DNA of 54,807 bases from Chloroflexota bacterium. Lineage in GTDB: Bacteria > Chloroflexota > Dehalococcoidia > Lucifugimonadales > VGZR01. Below, in pieces: positions 52,302-54,807 of this stretch. The notes beneath the pieces were generated by a model. The model did no database searches and had not been told where the DNA came from. It saw only the letters and a list, made by a program, of their open reading frames with translations. The position numbers and the translations under genes were made by a program. The stretch is from NCBI GenBank assembly GCA_027625225.1, contig JAQBWG010000001.1, positions 1 through 54,807 of the forward strand. The letters run 5' to 3'. Every line of letters starts with the position of its first letter. Positions within the stretch are counted from its first letter, which is position 1.

Positions 52302-54807
52302 TTACGGTACCAGTGTGCCGCTTGCCGTCGCGAATACCCAGTAAGACTTGCCTACCAGCGGGTCACCTGCAACCACTGTCCATTGGCCGCTAAGGGTATC
52401 GAAGTGATAGACCCTAGCCTTGGTTATGCTGCCGAAGTAGCCAGTAACCGCAGCACCGGCTGCCAAGTTACCAGTTACATCAATGACAGGTACCAGGTTC
52501 CAGCCCTTAAGGATGGCGATGGTCGGCGGCTGAATCGGAGTAGCTCCGGCAGCTGCACCACCAGCAATCCTCGGGATCAGCGTGCTGATCGACTGGAAGG
52601 TCTCGGTGAGTACCCAGTAGGCCAGCTTCGAGTCAATCGTCGTCAGCGTACCAGTGAACGGATTGAATGCACCGCTCGTGTTACGCGTTCGAGTTGCGAC
52701 TCTCCACAGAGCCGGGGTGGTCGGGTCGTACGCCATAACCGTGGTTACAGGCGTGGTACCGAACACTGCGTCCAGGCCCGGGGTCGAAGGAGTGCCCGGG
52801 AAGCTGACCATGTTCCAACCAGGGACCAGCGGAATCTCGAAAGGAATGCGCTGGGTTACCTTGAAGGTATGGGTAAACGCACCGGTGTTACCAGCAACGT
52901 CGGTAGCTTCAACCACGAGTGTGTGGTCGCCGATGGTGAGTCCGCCCGTCTGCTTGTACAGGAAGCGGATGTTATCCACCGAGGAAAGCTGGGACGTGAT
53001 GTTCACACCGTCCAGGGTTACCTTGGTCACGGTTACTGTCTTGTACGTGTCGAAGTTTGTGGACTTCGATACGGCCGGGTCCAGGCTCAAAGCCGCGTCG
53101 CTGGTAATCAGACCATATTCCTGGCCTTCGTTCACGAAGTTAATCGAAACGACGGCGTTGGGGTCGTCAGTACCACCGGCCACCGGCAGGAAGGCCGGAG
53201 CCGGAAGGCCCTTGTCAACCTCAAAGAGGCTAGCTGCCTTGCTCGAGTCGTAGGTAAGTGTTCCGAAGCCCTGACCCACCTTACCAACGTTGGTGGTGTT
53301 GTTCAGGTCAGTAGCCTGGGCACGTACGTTATACAGACCCGCAGAACCCTGCGTGTTCTCGCCCGTCCACACCTTCGGGCCACCGGCGATGCCAGTAGCG
53401 GTCGTTGTGGCGGACAAGAGGAAGCTAGCACCAATGGTGTTGACGGTGATGCTGACTGTTGCAGTGCTCGAATTCTCATTCGAGGAAAGCGACAGGTTTA
53501 CCTTGTCCTTGGTTACAGGCCTGGTGCCCGAACCAACTGTCAACGTTAGGGTGGGAGCGATTCCATCAGTCGCATTGGCGATGGTTGCTCCGGCGCCGCC
53601 GATAACTATGGCGTTGCCAGCAAGGTCGTTAATCGCGCCAACTACTATCACAGCAGGACGAGCGTCGGGAGCCAGCGCACTTACAGTCACGAACACGGAC
53701 TGCGGGCGAGCGGCATAGTGAACGACGCTAAGCGGTGTTACACCACCGACCAAGAAGTCACTGTTCTGGATTGTAGCCGGGTCAATCGCAGCGTCGAAGT
53801 CAATTCGAACGCTAGTGGTAATGGCCTTTGTCGGGTCCGTTACCGTCTTGTCGACGGTTGTAACCGTCGGGTCCCACCAGGAACCGGTTATAGCCAAAGC
53901 CAGCGTGGGCTCAGTCCGGTCAATGCTGATGGAATAGGCCTGACAGCCTACAACGCTTACAGACGTCGCCGGGACAACGTCCTTTAGGGAGGCCGTTGCC
54001 GGGAACGAGGCCGCCGTGCACGGATTGGCCACACCAAGGGATGTAACCGGTTCACGGTCGCTTACCCCAATGTTGCCAGCCTTGTCAGTGGACTTAATCC
54101 ACCAGTACACGGTCTGGTCCGACAGCAAGTCGGAGGTGAACCGCTGGCGGATGTTGATACCACCCGTTATAGCTGTCTGGTCAATTGCGGAAACCGCATC
54201 TTGCGACGCGACATCAATGTCACCGTCGTTGTCGGTGTCACGGCCCCAGACCACGATGATCTGAGCAGTGTCAATACCGGAATCACTATCCGTGATGTCA
54301 CCGGTCACCGTCGGGCGAACTGCTGTTGAGGCAGTACCGTTCGCGGGCGTCTGATTAGAGAACGCCGGAGCGGTTGTTTCCACCTTGATGGAGTAGGTGC
54401 GGTTGATAGTGGCGCCAGTCTTGCCGTCCACATAGGTAACCACAACGGTGTCGGCAGCGTTGACCCGGAGGTCACCGATGCTGTGGTGGATACCAGATGC
54501 GGTGCTTGTGCTGTACAGAGCGATAACGTCTGCAGTAGTCGTTACTCCAGCAACACAGACACCAGCAGTCGTCAAACACGTCTTAGTCGTGGTTGAGGCT
54601 GTATTTTTGAGCTGAAGGACACCACGGAAGATACCGGCATTCGCGGCAGTTTCCTGCAGACGAACGGTAATACCCGAGGAGTCGTTGTCGCTCGTAACCT
54701 TCACCGAGCCAGCGGCGCCTGCCGTCGCGGTTGTGGCGTTAACCACACCCACGTCATAGGTCAGGGTGACCGGGGTGCTGGTCTGAATTGTCTTACAGAA
54801 GAGACCG
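52302..54807 (-). CDS. giant cell-surface (S-layer-like) protein with SbsA/Big_5-type Ig-like domains; 3' 835 codons only, N-terminus beyond the right edge
   Basis: The frame stays open from 54752 to the window end (…GLFCKTIQTSTPVTLTYDVGVVN…). It is Thr/Val/Ala-rich beta-type sequence with repeated (E/D)(T/R)T(A/E)P(A/T)(F/L) domain starts. The C-terminal 182 aa is a duplicated GWN(M/L)V...YWV module. Confidence 0.8.
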   Translation of the reverse strand, partial: GLFCKTIQTSTPVTLTYDVGVVNATTATAGAAGSVKVTSDNDSSGITVRLQETAANAGIFRGVLQLKNTASTTTKTCLTTAGVCVAGVTTTADVIALYSTSTASGIHHSIGDLRVNAADTVVVTYVDGKTGATINRTYSIKVETTAPAFSNQTPANGTASTAVRPTVTGDITDSDSGIDTAQIIVVWGRDTDNDGDIDVASQDAVSAIDQTAITGGINIRQRFTSDLLSDQTVYWWIKSTDKAGNIGVSDREPVTSLGVANPCTAASFPATASLKDVVPATSVSVVGCQAYSISIDRTEPTLALAITGSWWDPTVTTVDKTVTDPTKAITTSVRIDFDAAIDPATIQNSDFLVGGVTPLSVVHYAARPQSVFVTVSALAPDARPAVIVVGAINDLAGNAIVIGGAGATIANATDGIAPTLTLTVGSGTRPVTKDKVNLSLSSNENSSTATVSITVNTIGASFLLSATTTATGIAGGPKVWTGENTQGSAGLYNVRAQATDLNNTTNVGKVGQGFGTLTYDSSKAASLFEVDKGLPAPAFLPVAGGTDDPNAVVSINFVNEGQEYGLITSDAALSLDPAVSKSTNFDTYKTVTVTKVTLDGVNITSQLSSVDNIRFLYKQTGGLTIGDHTLVVEATDVAGNTGAFTHTFKVTQRIPFEIPLVPGWNMVSFPGTPSTPGLDAVFGTTPVTTVMAYDPTTPALWRVATRTRNTSGAFNPFTGTLTTIDSKLAYWVLTETFQSISTLIPRIAGGAAAGATPIQPPTIAILKGWNLVPVIDVTGNLAAGAAVTGYFGSITKARVYHFDTLSGQWTVVAGDPLVGKSYWVFATASGTLVP

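Noticed and set aside
1-54807. Scan of all intergenic gaps above 50 bp for tRNA, rRNA, tmRNA, RNase P, SRP RNA, CRISPR repeats, and toxin-antitoxin or defence gene pairs.
   Set aside because: No cloverleaf-compatible sequence, no conserved RNA cores and no spaced direct repeats were recognised by eye. No small adjacent gene pairs typical of TA or defence systems were seen. A covariance-model search is needed to be definitive.

Overview
54.8-kb gene-dense bacterial window, about 55 protein genes and roughly 90% coding. By eye I found no rRNA, tRNA, CRISPR array, transposase, integrase or phage genes. All family names come from motif recognition, since no HMM or BLAST search could be run. The gene content is bacterial: RF1/PrmC, HisS, Rel, S20, MutS, Der-PlsY-GpsA, and HrcA with a CIRCE operator. 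Together with Pro/Thr-rich linkers, an S-layer-like giant protein and frequent GTG/TTG starts, it tentatively suggests a Chloroflexota-like organism (low confidence). Layout from left to right: (1) PhzF fragment, cupin, prmC-prfA, hisS. (2) A rimK cassette (DUF785 protease-like, RimK, AstE/AspA-like hydrolase) divergent from rel, then rpsT. (3) An operon of DUF1445 hydro-lyase, DUF4392 and a membrane-anchored alpha/beta hydrolase. (4) mutS. (5) A low-GC patch with an orphan membrane ORF, a long hairpin and REP-like elements. (6) Methyltransferase and SDR. (7) A minus-strand string of ECF sigma, a 661-aa anti-sigma with PT-rich tails, a Cys-less HesB-like protein, an archaellin-like protein, an unlisted 56-aa ORF and a 184-aa hypothetical. 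(8) A 430-bp non-coding stretch. (9) FNR plus a NuoE/NuoF/NuoG-like trio whose large subunit lacks the formate-dehydrogenase Sec/Cys-His and carries an extra Cys-rich insert. (10) FAD oxidoreductase, UPF0104 membrane protein, thyX, and an E3-E1alpha-E1beta-E2 2-oxoacid dehydrogenase operon. (11) DmpA-like peptidase, DUF2520, panB, panC, surE, thiolase, DUF35. (12) DinB, HAD, DUF971, argF, der-plsY-gpsA. (13) hrcA-dnaJ-prmA. (14) A secreted tandem-domain protein with a C-terminal sorting-like signal, next to a giant Ig-like surface protein that runs off the right edge. There is no clear-cut defence or mobile island. The most unusual candidates are the orphan archaellin-type gene in a bacterial context, the degenerate NuoG/FdhA-like module, the surface-protein pair with an unrecognised C-terminal anchor signal, the split D-glutamate-cyclase-like operon, and the DmpA-pan linkage.
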